From a virus: DNA of 64,000 bases. The stretch spans positions 1 through 64,000 of IMG/VR virus record IMGVR_UViG_3300033149_002633; one strand, written 5' to 3'. Below are positions 37,504-49,300 of the stretch, piece after piece. Within the stretch, counting starts at the first letter, position 1; each line of letters starts with the position of its first letter. The notes beneath the pieces are model-generated. The model was not told where the DNA came from. It did not search any database and worked only from the letters and a program-made list of their open reading frames with translations. Position numbers and translations under genes: made by a program.

Positions 37504-37872
37504 ATGGGTGAAACATTAGTTGATAGAAATATACGTTTGCTTAAAGAGAGGGTTACAAAATTAGAAGAGATGATTGGAACTGACTTAGTAGAAAAGCTCA
37601 ATAATTTTAAACCAGAGAAAGTAGATTTGATGCCTTTAGAAGCAAAAATAAATTCTGTAAATACACATATTACTGAGATGGAAAAGAAGTATAACAGTTT
37701 GATTGAGCAGCTTAAATCAGTTATAAATGCTAAGACTAATGAACTCAGTACCAAAATTCTGGAAGTTAGTAAGAAGCTAGAAATTACTGAAGCAAAGCTA
37801 CAAAAACAATTAGATGAACTATTCGAACATCCTTCTATCAAAATTATAGAAGATGAACCCCCTTCTGAATGA
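37504..37872 (+). CDS. Coiled-coil protein
   Basis: GGTGA RBS; heptad pattern. Confidence 0.75.
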   Translation: MGETLVDRNIRLLKERVTKLEEMIGTDLVEKLNNFKPEKVDLMPLEAKINSVNTHITEMEKKYNSLIEQLKSVINAKTNELSTKILEVSKKLEITEAKLQKQLDELFEHPSIKIIEDEPPSE

Positions 37873-37925
37873 TTTTGTATTGTAACATAAAAACCTTTTA
37901 ATATTTATTTTATCTTTTTTAATAT

Positions 37926-39551
37926 ATGGATGACGAGATGCTACGTAAGTTAGCACAAGGGATGTTAAATGACCCAGTCCTTTTTGTTCAGAAAACCACT
38001 GGAAATATACCTTATTTTTATCAAGAAGAATTATTGAGATGTAATGATAGATTTATAGCAGCTTGTTGGGCAAGACAGTTAGGCAAAAGCTGGATAGTAA
38101 GAATGAAGGCAATATATCAAGCTTTCACTTATCCAGACCAACTTATCATAATCATTTCAGCTACTGAAAAACAAGCATTACATTTCTATCGTTTGTTAAT
38201 GAAGGAAATACAAGACTCTGATTTATTACGTAATGAGATAGCTAGATATACTAAAACTATGGCTGTTTTAAAGAATGGTAGCCAAATTATTTGTCTTGCA
38301 CCTTCAGAGAAATCAGTAAGAGGTTATTCTGCTGATTTAGTTATTATAGATGAAGCAGACTTTGTTGCCAGAGAAGTAATAGTAGCTGTAGAACAATGTA
38401 TTACAGCAAGATATGGTAAAATGATACTTATTTCTACTCCTTCTCCAGAAGGTATTGGTTCATTATTCTATCAATATTTTAATGATGGGTTAAGAGCTCA
38501 GAGAGAAGGATTGGTAGGAACTGATGAACATAAATTCAAGTATAGAGTTTTCCATTATACTTATGAAGTTGGATTACAAGTAACAAGAGTTGAACGAGGT
38601 CAAAGACGTACCCAATTAGACCCGCATATGATTGCTATCAAACGCAAGACCATGGCTGAATGGGAATGGAAAAGAGAATATATGGCAGAATGGGCTGATA
38701 GTGTAGGTACTTACTACAATAGACTACACATAGAATCTTGTACGGATAAAAATTATAGAATGATGGAAAATCAACTTGGGAAAGGAATGAAAGAATATAT
38801 AGGAGAGTTTGAATATTATTCAGATTGTATCTATTTTGCTGGTGCGGACTTTGCTAAACAGATAGACAAAACAGTTTTAGCTATTTGTAGAACTATGTCA
38901 GATGGAGGTTATAAGATAGTTTATTTCTTTGAAGCTCAAGGAGTAGATTATACAATACAAGGATATTATATTGTTAAAGCACTTGGCAGATATAAAGTTT
39001 CTATGGCTTGGGGAGATAAAAGCGGAGTAGGAGAGCCATTTATCGACTATATCAGTAGATTAGCTAGAGAAGACCCAGAATGTGATAACTTACAAAAAAT
39101 TGAACCAGTAGCTCTTACAAATCTAAAGAAGCAAGAAATCTTTGGTAATACCATTCCAATTGTAGCTCAACAACATATAGTGTTTCCTAACCATCCTCAA
39201 TTCTTACAAGAAATGATTTATCTTAAAAGAGAACTAACTCCAGAAGGAATGTTAAAAATCAACGGTCCCACTGAAATGGATGATATTAATGATGACTATC
39301 CTATGGCTTTTGCACTAATGATGATGTGCGAACTTAAGAGTAACTATTCCAGAGACTTTTTTGTTACTGCTACTCCACAATATGCAGAAATGATTAAAGA
39401 CGATAGGAGAAGAGATGCTTTTGGAGAAACAACTTCATTATATGACAAAGACGAAATGTCCTTTTTCTATACTCCAGATGGATTAGATAGTACTATGGCT
39501 TTTTCCTTTAATAGAGGAATAAAAAGAACGAGAAGTAGAAGATTATTCTAA
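37926..39551 (+). CDS. terL: Terminase large subunit
   Basis: YQ, ARQLGKS, RG...IIDEA, ISTP, REY.AE, GADFA, DKSGVG, DDYPMA. Confidence 0.97.
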   Translation: MDDEMLRKLAQGMLNDPVLFVQKTTGNIPYFYQEELLRCNDRFIAACWARQLGKSWIVRMKAIYQAFTYPDQLIIIISATEKQALHFYRLLMKEIQDSDLLRNEIARYTKTMAVLKNGSQIICLAPSEKSVRGYSADLVIIDEADFVAREVIVAVEQCITARYGKMILISTPSPEGIGSLFYQYFNDGLRAQREGLVGTDEHKFKYRVFHYTYEVGLQVTRVERGQRRTQLDPHMIAIKRKTMAEWEWKREYMAEWADSVGTYYNRLHIESCTDKNYRMMENQLGKGMKEYIGEFEYYSDCIYFAGADFAKQIDKTVLAICRTMSDGGYKIVYFFEAQGVDYTIQGYYIVKALGRYKVSMAWGDKSGVGEPFIDYISRLAREDPECDNLQKIEPVALTNLKKQEIFGNTIPIVAQQHIVFPNHPQFLQEMIYLKRELTPEGMLKINGPTEMDDINDDYPMAFALMMMCELKSNYSRDFFVTATPQYAEMIKDDRRRDAFGETTSLYDKDEMSFFYTPDGLDSTMAFSFNRGIKRTRSRRLF

Positions 39552-41692
39552 ATCTTCTCATCGTAATAAATCACTATTCTTCCAATTTTACAATGTATAT
39601 CATTTTTAGTCAATGTGCCAAGTGCTTGATTGTTTATATTTACAAATAGTTCTAATAAGTAAATACATCCATCGTCTGCATCTGAATCAGCAACACTATT
39701 CCAATTTCCAGTAAGTTCGAATTCTCCCCATCCATTATTAGCAGATGTTATTGCAGCTATTTGCTCACCATTTATTATTGTATATTTGGTACCATAGTAA
39801 GGTTGCGTAGCATTAGCATACCATTGATAGAGATAAACTTTAATTTCTATAGAACTTGTATCCCAATTTGCTGGTTCAATACAATAAGCATTTACTCCTA
39901 TTTTTATTCCTTTAAACGTAGTTTTAGATGATTTAATATCGATTTTGAATGGGGTTCTAAAGTATGCTTGACCTATACCATTATCATCTTTATGGAAATC
40001 TGGTAAAATAATATCACCAGTTAAGTCTCCAAAAGCATCTTCTTCTGTCATTGAGAAATTACAATCATAAGTATCGGATATTTTAATCCAGAATGGATAC
40101 TGAAAAATTGAAGCATTTATTGATGAGAAGCTTTGAGAACTTGCATCGTTAGGTGCATCTATACTACTGCTTATATAGTGCCAAGCTCCAAAACCACCAA
40201 GAGTGATAGATTTCGATGTTGTAGTTATTATTTCTCCATCAACATAAAGGTTTGTTGGTATTCTAACACCATTTAAACCACTTAATTCAAGCTCTGTATT
40301 AGCATTTATCTTTAAATCTCCATCTTCTCCAAATTCTATAATTGCACCAGAGACACTAATTTGTGATGAGTTTAGAACTATAGAGGTAGGACTTATAATG
40401 TTTATACCACTACCAGATAATGTCAAAGAACCAACAGTATTTTTGATGGAAGTATTAAGCTGGTTCATCTCAATATTTCCAGAGAAGGTAGCTAAGCCAG
40501 ATATAGTAATATCTCCGTTAATTGTTGCTCCACTATCTGCTGTTAGCCAATTTGTAGATATACCAGTGTCTCCATCAATAGTTACTGTTACATTACCAAG
40601 CGTATTAAAGGCACTTAATTGTCCAGCAGAAGAAATGTAAATGCTTGGATTTAAACCATAAGGAACTGAAAGTGTCTGGAATAAACCATTTTCAAATTCT
40701 GCACTTGAACCACTTACTGTTGTACCAGCAGTAAATTCAACTATTCCTCCACTCACATCATCTATTTCATTGACATAAATCTTTTTACCAGCAGTGATGG
40801 TCACATTATCATTAAGCGTAATTGGTGCTCCAGAAATTGTTATTGAAGTATCAAAGTCTATATAGCTTCCATTTTGAGCTGTTATTTTATTAGGGTCAAA
40901 AATCATAGAGTTTAATGAGAGAGATGTAGCGTTGTCTAAAATAATTGTATCAACAGCTAATGAACCACTAACTATTAGGTTATTTTTTATGAGTGCATCA
41001 TTATCTGCTGTAAAATTATATACGTCTATATTATTAGAACCTAAATCTACATTATAATTAAATGTAATACCAGAAGTATTGAACTCAGCAATAACTTCTC
41101 CCTTATATGATTTTATACGAACACTATAACTGTTTTTTGCTATTATATCATTTACTCTTGTTTCTGGATATCCAGTAGTATGAACATTTATAATACTACT
41201 AATATCTAAAGTTGTTTCTGCTCTGGTATAGGTAGCTAATAATATTTCATCATCTTCTATAGTATCAGTTATAGCTTTTTCTACTAATACAAAACTTTCG
41301 TTTTCTACTTCTCTTAAATTTCCATCTATTTGCCAATCATCAGCGGACTCAAGTATTTTAGCTACAAGTAATCTATTACCACTTGTTACAGTTCCACTTA
41401 ATTGTGTAGTAGTAAAGTCTTCTGATGACGCTTGTCTTAACCATCTACCATTAATCATTAAGTTTCCAGCAGCTAAATGAATAGTAGAATCGGTATTAGT
41501 AATCTCACAACCATTTCTAATCCTTGATAATACACCAACATCCATCATATCTTCTATGATACGTTGGGTATTCTTGAAAACTGACTGGTCAGAGGTTAGA
41601 GCTGACCATTTGATATTCTCAATAACAATAGGTGATTGTTCTACTATATCACTTTCCGTTATATGTTCCTTAGATAATGTTTTATATGACAT
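39548..41692 (-). CDS. Baseplate-attached tail fibre / receptor-binding protein
   Basis: Follows baseplate genes; beta-rich S/G/T/N repeats. Confidence 0.7.
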   Translation of the reverse strand: MSYKTLSKEHITESDIVEQSPIVIENIKWSALTSDQSVFKNTQRIIEDMMDVGVLSRIRNGCEITNTDSTIHLAAGNLMINGRWLRQASSEDFTTTQLSGTVTSGNRLLVAKILESADDWQIDGNLREVENESFVLVEKAITDTIEDDEILLATYTRAETTLDISSIINVHTTGYPETRVNDIIAKNSYSVRIKSYKGEVIAEFNTSGITFNYNVDLGSNNIDVYNFTADNDALIKNNLIVSGSLAVDTIILDNATSLSLNSMIFDPNKITAQNGSYIDFDTSITISGAPITLNDNVTITAGKKIYVNEIDDVSGGIVEFTAGTTVSGSSAEFENGLFQTLSVPYGLNPSIYISSAGQLSAFNTLGNVTVTIDGDTGISTNWLTADSGATINGDITISGLATFSGNIEMNQLNTSIKNTVGSLTLSGSGINIISPTSIVLNSSQISVSGAIIEFGEDGDLKINANTELELSGLNGVRIPTNLYVDGEIITTTSKSITLGGFGAWHYISSSIDAPNDASSQSFSSINASIFQYPFWIKISDTYDCNFSMTEEDAFGDLTGDIILPDFHKDDNGIGQAYFRTPFKIDIKSSKTTFKGIKIGVNAYCIEPANWDTSSIEIKVYLYQWYANATQPYYGTKYTIINGEQIAAITSANNGWGEFELTGNWNSVADSDADDGCIYLLELFVNINNQALGTLTKNDIHCKIGRIVIYYDEKI

Positions 41693-41704
41693 TTTTATTT
41701 ACTC

Positions 41705-42406
41705 CTATATTACTATTGGCTGTAATGTTATTTTATATCTTATGCCTAAAGGTCTCACTTCATCTACTACTTGTTTAAGTAGGACTTTCTTTTCTTCTTG
41801 ATTCCAATATTGATAATAATCCCTATTTTGAATAGAATTACTTGTTGTTCCACTAACCAATTTTATAATTATTTCAGCACCATAAATTTCTCCTTCTAAA
41901 GATGACCAATAACCTATTTCTAATCCATTATAGGTACTTCCCCAATATGAAGTAGAGCCACTACTTACATCATTCCAATAAGATATCAAACCACTCAATC
42001 TTGGTTCATTTATAATTATCCTATTAGTTTCTGACCACCCCTCATAACCAAAAGCTCCTTCTCCTATAAAATCATATATTACTCGTTTTATACTATTTTT
42101 ATTTCCCCCTCCTTCAAATGATTTCCAATAAGTAGAAGCTCTAATAGCTAAACTTTCACTATCTTCCATAGGAAATTCATAAACTCCAAAATATTTAGAT
42201 GCATCTGTTAAAACCCAATCACTGGCATTAACAACTAATTTTTCTTCATTTCTAATATCTTGTCTTATATTTTCAGTATCTACAGCACAAGATATAGCCA
42301 TCATAAATTTATAAATGACACTATCTTCATTACTGACAAAAGATTGTGGTAGATAATTCCACACACCACTACTAACTATCTCACTAAAATCTTTACTCCA
42401 TGCCAT
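41705..42406 (-). CDS. Baseplate wedge protein (P2 gpI / Mu gp48-like)
   Basis: Directly after baseplate J; YLP, E..E.L..R, ends VRPLGIRY. Confidence 0.75.
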   Translation of the reverse strand: MAWSKDFSEIVSSGVWNYLPQSFVSNEDSVIYKFMMAISCAVDTENIRQDIRNEEKLVVNASDWVLTDASKYFGVYEFPMEDSESLAIRASTYWKSFEGGGNKNSIKRVIYDFIGEGAFGYEGWSETNRIIINEPRLSGLISYWNDVSSGSTSYWGSTYNGLEIGYWSSLEGEIYGAEIIIKLVSGTTSNSIQNRDYYQYWNQEEKKVLLKQVVDEVRPLGIRYKITLQPIVI

Positions 42407-44718
42407 TATCTCACCTTAGGTACTGCTGTACTGTCTATTCTAAATAATGATGCTACTTCTGTTTTCCAGATTTGGTAATCTACAGAGGCATTATTTGTTC
42501 CACTAATAGGCATCATTACCATGAAACGCATAGGTCGAGGAGTTATTTCCCATGAACCACTTGTAGCAATATAAAACAATTCTCCAGAAATAGGTCTATC
42601 ATACCATGCATTAGTTCCTAAAAATAGAGAACCACTTGCACTTACACCAGAGACTACTACCCAATGTTTTTCATCTCTTTGTGTTACGGTTAAAACATCA
42701 TCGAACTCTACAAAATAATCTTGTGCTATACTACTATCTAACGTTATCGTACCAGATGTTAAAAGGTCAGTGGGTCCAGAATTTGTTCCAGACCAAACAG
42801 AGACAGAAACTTGGTCTCCTATTGTCCCAGATAGATTTACTACTACTCCTACTATTTTATCATATTCATAGTTCTCGTAAATGAATAGTAAATCTTCTCC
42901 ATCTTGTAATGAAGCTTCATTACTACCAGATATACTATCAACTATAGTTATTGAAGTTGGAGTATGGCTGTCATAATAATTATTGACATATAATGGGTTG
43001 CGTATCCAGTTACCGTCATTATCTTGTAAAGCACGATAAACCAATGGAGTTGAAACTGTAACCCCAGTTATATTTGACCCACTCATTACATAGGTATTAG
43101 AGCCAGATACATATTGATAAACATCTGAATATGATTTAGTTCCCATGTAAAATTGTTGAGCAAAACGAGTTCCACTTGCTGTTCCAGCTCCACTACCTAA
43201 ATCTATCACATATTCTAATCCATATGGAGTAAATTCATAGGTTGAAATATAGAATTTATTTATTTGTGTAGAATAGACTCCTATAACATTCATCGATACA
43301 TCCATTAGCTTTGAATAAACTACATCTTCTCCTATTTTCAAATCAGCAATATAATCATTTATCTTGTTCTCTACATTCAGTAAGATATTATTTCTATCAT
43401 GCCAATATCCATCATCTGGCATAATAGACAAATCAAGATAAACATATTTAAACGTAGGATGATAAATTGTATGTCTTGTACCTACTGGTTTCTTTTCTTT
43501 TATTACTTCTTCAACTCTATTGATAGTATTGATATTAGTTATCTGTTTATTATCTCCGAGAATAAATACTTGGATATAGCTTTCAGCAATAAAAGGTTTG
43601 TTTTCTATATCATAGACTTTACATTCTGCTATACCTTCTATACTTTCTATTGCTCCTTCTATGGCACTATAAGTTGCTGAACCTTGTTTTAATGAAGCGT
43701 TCAAAATCCTTGAACGCAATTCTTCATCTGTTTCTCTATCCGAACCATTATTGAAATAATTCTGTTGTCCTAAATGGGTAGGAGGATTAAAAACTCTAAC
43801 ATTACTTTCTTCAGTTGTTAAAGAACTATCAGTCCATATTTTTGTTATGGTCATTGGTGCAACATTTTGGGAAGCACCAGTTGTAGTAGCTCTAACTGTT
43901 ATATATCCCGTTTTTCCAGCTTCTAATGTGATAAATGATGTTGGTTGAAAAATAGCGGACTTATCTACTGTAGAAAATCTATGAGAAGCTGATACTGTAA
44001 AACTTTCTGTCGAACTTTGATTTTCTATATACAAATATCCACTTGTATAGGTAGACTCTCTTCTTACTACTCCCCATGGATATGCTAATTCATCTAATGC
44101 ATCTCCATCAGCAGTTCTAACAAAACTATCTAAAAAGTTATCATAATTTTTAGCATCAACATTCGCTAAGACCATTGAGATAGCTTCTATTATAGTAGTT
44201 AGAACTGTTCCATCACTAAAATTATTAGCATCACAAATCTTACTACTATCAAAATACTTGTAATTAATTCTAAACAAAGTTCCGTCTTTCGGATGATAAC
44301 CAGAAGTGGTATTCCATCTTATAGCATTATACATTGGCTGTCCATGATAGACTGAACCAGAAGATGAAACATTCATCCTTGACCCACTCCAATATAACCA
44401 GTAATTAACACTCGGGTCATCATCTGTTGGAGGATTATAATATTCACTATCTTGTAATATTTGTCCTCTTCCTTGTTTCCATGCATCTACACCCTTAAAA
44501 GAACCTTCTAAAGGAACCCAATTTCCATCTTCATTTATCCCTTCTACTGAAAGGATTTCTACAATTGTTGGGTTAGTTGCAGAAGCTCCACTAAGAATAT
44601 ATATATCATTATCATCACTATAAACGTATTCCTCGCTCTCAATTAAAACTATACCATCTCTTAACTGTTCTATGATTTGTTGTTTAATCTCTGAAGATGT
44701 TCTTGGATTATAAGACAT
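42406..44718 (-). CDS. Baseplate J-like protein with extra N- and C-terminal domains
   Basis: TADGDALD, G..R, GSDRETDEELRSR, GSAT..AIE, KPVG. Confidence 0.92.
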   Translation of the reverse strand: MSYNPRTSSEIKQQIIEQLRDGIVLIESEEYVYSDDNDIYILSGASATNPTIVEILSVEGINEDGNWVPLEGSFKGVDAWKQGRGQILQDSEYYNPPTDDDPSVNYWLYWSGSRMNVSSSGSVYHGQPMYNAIRWNTTSGYHPKDGTLFRINYKYFDSSKICDANNFSDGTVLTTIIEAISMVLANVDAKNYDNFLDSFVRTADGDALDELAYPWGVVRRESTYTSGYLYIENQSSTESFTVSASHRFSTVDKSAIFQPTSFITLEAGKTGYITVRATTTGASQNVAPMTITKIWTDSSLTTEESNVRVFNPPTHLGQQNYFNNGSDRETDEELRSRILNASLKQGSATYSAIEGAIESIEGIAECKVYDIENKPFIAESYIQVFILGDNKQITNINTINRVEEVIKEKKPVGTRHTIYHPTFKYVYLDLSIMPDDGYWHDRNNILLNVENKINDYIADLKIGEDVVYSKLMDVSMNVIGVYSTQINKFYISTYEFTPYGLEYVIDLGSGAGTASGTRFAQQFYMGTKSYSDVYQYVSGSNTYVMSGSNITGVTVSTPLVYRALQDNDGNWIRNPLYVNNYYDSHTPTSITIVDSISGSNEASLQDGEDLLFIYENYEYDKIVGVVVNLSGTIGDQVSVSVWSGTNSGPTDLLTSGTITLDSSIAQDYFVEFDDVLTVTQRDEKHWVVVSGVSASGSLFLGTNAWYDRPISGELFYIATSGSWEITPRPMRFMVMMPISGTNNASVDYQIWKTEVASLFRIDSTAVPKVR

Positions 44719-45164
44719 TATACTGTCACCCCTAATGTAGCTGTTCCTCCACTTATAATAGTTAATATAATTTCAAAATATAATTCTCCACTTGTAGTAG
44801 CATATGTATTTGAAAATTCTATTGAAGTAATGATATTACTGTAATATTTCATGATAGAGTTAATAACTTCCACTTGCATTATTTCTATAAACTCTTCATC
44901 TGGGATAGGGTTTAAAGTTAAATATTTAAAAGTAGAACCAAAATCTGGGTGAAAAGGTAATTCTCCTTCTCCAGTTACTGGATTATAAACCGTATTTAAT
45001 AAAAGTGTTACAACGTTAAGGGTTAGTTCTGCTAAACCATCAGTGAGTTTTAAGTCACCATCACCCTTAACGTCTAAATCTAAACTTCCATCTATTGCTC
45101 TTAGTTTTAAATCTCTTCCATATATTTCATTTTCTTCGGCATTGGTCATTAACTTAGGAGACAT
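44718..45164 (-). CDS. gp25/GPW-like baseplate wedge (sheath initiator)
   Basis: DGDLKL..G..EL, GELPFHPDFGS. Confidence 0.85.
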   Translation of the reverse strand: MSPKLMTNAEENEIYGRDLKLRAIDGSLDLDVKGDGDLKLTDGLAELTLNVVTLLLNTVYNPVTGEGELPFHPDFGSTFKYLTLNPIPDEEFIEIMQVEVINSIMKYYSNIITSIEFSNTYATTSGELYFEIILTIISGGTATLGVTV

Positions 45165-45185
45165 CTAAATATATTTGTATTATTC

Positions 45186-46301
45186 TTATATATTTCTTTT
45201 GCGTTTTCTTAGGGTTATAGACAATATTCCTATTCCAATCAATCCAAAAGTTAATGAGACTGGTGTTTCTTTCGTTTCAAATTCGTAAGTAGAATTTTGT
45301 ATATCAAAGTCTATTAATTTCATTATCAGTTTTGGTAGTTTATATGTAGTAGATAATTTCACATCATTAAATGATGGAGTAGATAATGTTTTTTCTATCG
45401 ATAATGGTAATCCTATCTCATAAGTATATGTCCATATTTCCTTAAATGATATAAAATCTATTGGTAAATATCCTACGCTCCAATATTCTATTGGTACTCC
45501 GTAATCACCTTCACTAAAACTACCAAAAGTTATTTCTTCTATATACATATCAGTAGTTGTTATTGTTATATTTCTGCACCTAACATCATTTAGTATAAAT
45601 TCATTACTTGCTTCGTACCTTTCTTCAATAGATAATTTAAATGTAATAACCTTCATACTTCCATCATTTATTATCCCATTATCAATGTAATAATCATCAT
45701 AAGGATTTAGTACAAATGTCCTTTTGTTTGTCTGTACTGTTCCAGTAGCTATTGTTTCAACAATTGAAGGATTACTACATTCTTCTATTACATTTACATT
45801 GGTCAATGAAATTATAGTATCATTAATTCTGTTTCCATTATAAATTATATCAATAAATGATATGTTCAACGAAAAGTTAGTCATTCTTTTATATAATATG
45901 TTTCCTCGTGATGATTTGTAAATTTGGTCATCTATTGGATTGTAGAAATTTATTTTCATTTGTAATGTAGCATCTTTTCCACTTTGTTCTTTCATGTCTA
46001 TTATTTTACTATTAAATTCATATACCTTGTACTCATCTATTGTTTTATTGGATTCTATTTTATTTACCTTCATTTCTTCGTCTTCATTGTCTAATGCTGG
46101 TAAGTAATCAATATCTGTTACATTAAAGACAACTATTTCATTACTTTCAGTAGCCTTGTAATTACTGTTAGTATTATATTGTATATTATATAGCCAATTA
46201 TCTCCTTTTGATATTTCTATTAGCGGTTCAGCATTACTATTTATTCCAAGTAATGGTAATACAATCATTAAAATTATAATTATTGACTTCTTCTTGTTCA
46301 T
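45186..46301 (-). CDS. Secreted cell-surface protein with C-terminal TM plus basic sorting tail
   Basis: Signal peptide MNKKKSIIIILMIVLPLLG..A; ends ETPVSLTFGLIGIGILSITLRKRKRNI; own promoter 46331-46346. Confidence 0.8.
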   Translation of the reverse strand: MNKKKSIIIILMIVLPLLGINSNAEPLIEISKGDNWLYNIQYNTNSNYKATESNEIVVFNVTDIDYLPALDNEDEEMKVNKIESNKTIDEYKVYEFNSKIIDMKEQSGKDATLQMKINFYNPIDDQIYKSSRGNILYKRMTNFSLNISFIDIIYNGNRINDTIISLTNVNVIEECSNPSIVETIATGTVQTNKRTFVLNPYDDYYIDNGIINDGSMKVITFKLSIEERYEASNEFILNDVRCRNITITTTDMYIEEITFGSFSEGDYGVPIEYWSVGYLPIDFISFKEIWTYTYEIGLPLSIEKTLSTPSFNDVKLSTTYKLPKLIMKLIDFDIQNSTYEFETKETPVSLTFGLIGIGILSITLRKRKRNI

Positions 46302-46350
46302 TTTTATCAGTCTAATTATTATTTATGAAACTTATAAACCTTTTCATAAT

Positions 46351-49300
46351 CTATGCATAATAACACTGTAATAACGGAGGACTATATTCTAAGTATCCAG
46401 CAGTAGCAACTATTGATACTATCTTTATTGTAACCATATGATATATGGAAACATCAATAGCAGTAAATGTTTCTGTTTTTAAACCAATAGTATTGTATTC
46501 AGCACTTGTATATATCAATGGAATTCCAGTATCTGTCATACCATAAATATAAACTCTACAATAATTTGAAGTATCAGCATCAGAAACTGACAATTTTAAT
46601 CCACTTATGTATAATTTAAGAGCACCTTTTGCAGTAGGTAAAGGTAAAACCCAATAAGTCGAATAATCTGTTCCCCCTTCATTACCTACACGACCATTCG
46701 TAGCTTTGAAATATAAAGCTCCAGTACTTTCCATATAATATGGACAAGGTACCCAAGCTGCGTTAGCTGACCCAAACATGACAAAATCAGAAAGTTTCTT
46801 AGTTGAACCTCCATTATAAAACTCAAAATCATTATTAGCAGTAACAGTTTTATTAAAATAAAACTTAGGTATATCAGTATTAGTATTAAAATGACACCAA
46901 TTAGCATTTTGTGGTCCTATATCTACATAACCATTAGTTGTTTTTACTCTGGTTACACCAGTAGTTTGTATCCTTAAATAACCACTTGAACCACTATGAA
47001 TTAAGAACAATGCACCACTATTATCATCACTTTTAGTACTAATATTCCAATAACCAACTCATCTCTATAAATATTTACTTTATCATTTGAAGCTCTTAAA
47101 ATAACATCTTCTCCACTTGCACCAGCAGTACCATCATTAGCTCTTAACTCTACATAACCATTAGCAGTACGGTTACATAAAGCAACTACTTTGTTAGTAG
47201 AATCAAAGAATAAACCATATCTTGTATCAGTATCTCCAGTCGGTTTATAGGTTATACCATATTGAGCACTTTCCATAAAAAAGTCTATACCCGTTTTATC
47301 AATATCTATTAATTTTGTATTATCACTATCCCCGTCATATAAAGTTAAATAATGACGACTATTTTTAGCAGATATCTCTAAAGCTTTTTTAATATACGAT
47401 GTACCATAATTTTCTAAATAAACTTCTAATCCAAACCCGTTGCCTCCATCTTCTGCATCTTGAGCTCGTGTTCTTAACCAAGACAAAACGGTATAATTAG
47501 TTGAATTATACCAAGCATTTCCTTTCAAAGTTAATCTTGGACTATATGCATCAGCATCAGTAGTTGTATTTACAAGAACGAAACCATCTGTAGCAATAGT
47601 TTTTTTAATAACTATTGCATCAGATTCTTCCATCATTATACTATCAGTTAAAACACCAGTACTTTCCCATTTAGGGATATAACCAGTGGTTACATTAGTA
47701 CCTTGTGAAATATCTCCAGTTCCAGCATCTCCATTTATCCAATTTCCAGTTCCACTATCATATACAAGCACTTGACCATCAGAAAGGGATGATATATTTA
47801 CATCACTTAAATCGTCTAAAGCGTGGGTATGACTTATAGAAGCATATTTAGAACTTAAAGAAGCTCCTCCTTCATAGATAGTTCCAGAAACTGATAAATC
47901 TTCGATTATATCAACACTATTATCAAATAAAGCATCTCCACCTACTTCTAATCCATAACCAGTAGATACACTAGTACTACCTCGATTTATACTTGTTATT
48001 CCAGTTAGCCATTGTCTATCATCATAAATATAAGCACCAACACTCCCATCATTTCCTTTTATCATTAAACCATCAGTCAATGGAGCAATGATTCCACCAT
48101 TAGTTGGAGGAGAGCCTATTGTTATAGTATTAGTATTAATAATATCATTAGAATAAATTGTAGCCCATCTTTTATTACTTGAACCTAAACCAGCTATATT
48201 ATCAGAATATGGTGTTATATTTCCATTTACTGCTACATTATTTCCAAACCAAAAACCACTATTTGCATCTGTTGTTAAATGAGCATATGTTGTATTACCA
48301 GCTCCTATTCTAATAGTTTTACCAGATGTAGCATTATAAATACCTAAAGAAGCTCCATAACCACTATCATCTGGTTGTAAAGTAATATCTAATGCGTCAC
48401 TTAATAATATACTTTTACTAATTAATTTATTCCATCTGTTTGATGTTGTTCCTAAATCAGCTCCTCCATCAGTATAAGGTCTAAATAATTTATTAACATA
48501 CATAGCATAGGGAGTTATAACTAAAAAATTATCCCATGAAAAAGTATTACCAGCTGTTCCACTTACTGCTACTTTTAAGTAAATTTCTCCATTACAACCT
48601 TCAAAATTTTGCTCGATAGCAGTTGCACCATTATTAGTTGTCTCATAAATATAACCACTGTTATAATAACAACCTCCTCTAAAATTCCAATTTCCACCCC
48701 CATCATTACAAGTAATCTTTTTTATTCCCTTACCAGAATCTCCAGTATTATCCATAGAAAGATAGGCAGAACCATGTGTTAGTTTCAAATGTTGTGCAGA
48801 AATAGTTAATGTGTTAGAAAAGTTCCAACTACCACTTATTGTTTCATCTTGACCTAAATGAGCGTATTGTGGGTGGTCATCATCATTCAAACCTAATAAA
48901 TTACCATGGTCAATAGAAGATTCAGTAAAGTGAATGCTACTGTCAGATATATGATTGTCTATATCTGTATGAGAATTAACTCCTATATTTTTTAAATCAT
49001 TATGGTCTATACCAACAGTTGAGCCACTGAAAGATACTGAACCACTAAAAACTGTTGAACCACTAAATGTCCAATCTCCAGTAATAGTTTCATTCTCACT
49101 TAAAGCTGCAAAATAACTACTATCATATCCGTCTAAAGTATCGGCGTTTAATCCTACCTCATCTACTGCAATAGTTAAAGTGTTAGCTACATCATCATAA
49201 GTTAATGAGATGTTACTACCAGCTACTAACAGATTACTTACTCTATCATCAACCCGTTCATCAGTATAATATAGATTTGTTGTTCCTTCTACTATATTGT

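Noticed and set aside
46351-47010. Diversity-generating retroelement target at the fibre tip
   Set aside because: No reverse transcriptase or template-repeat copy seen in the window
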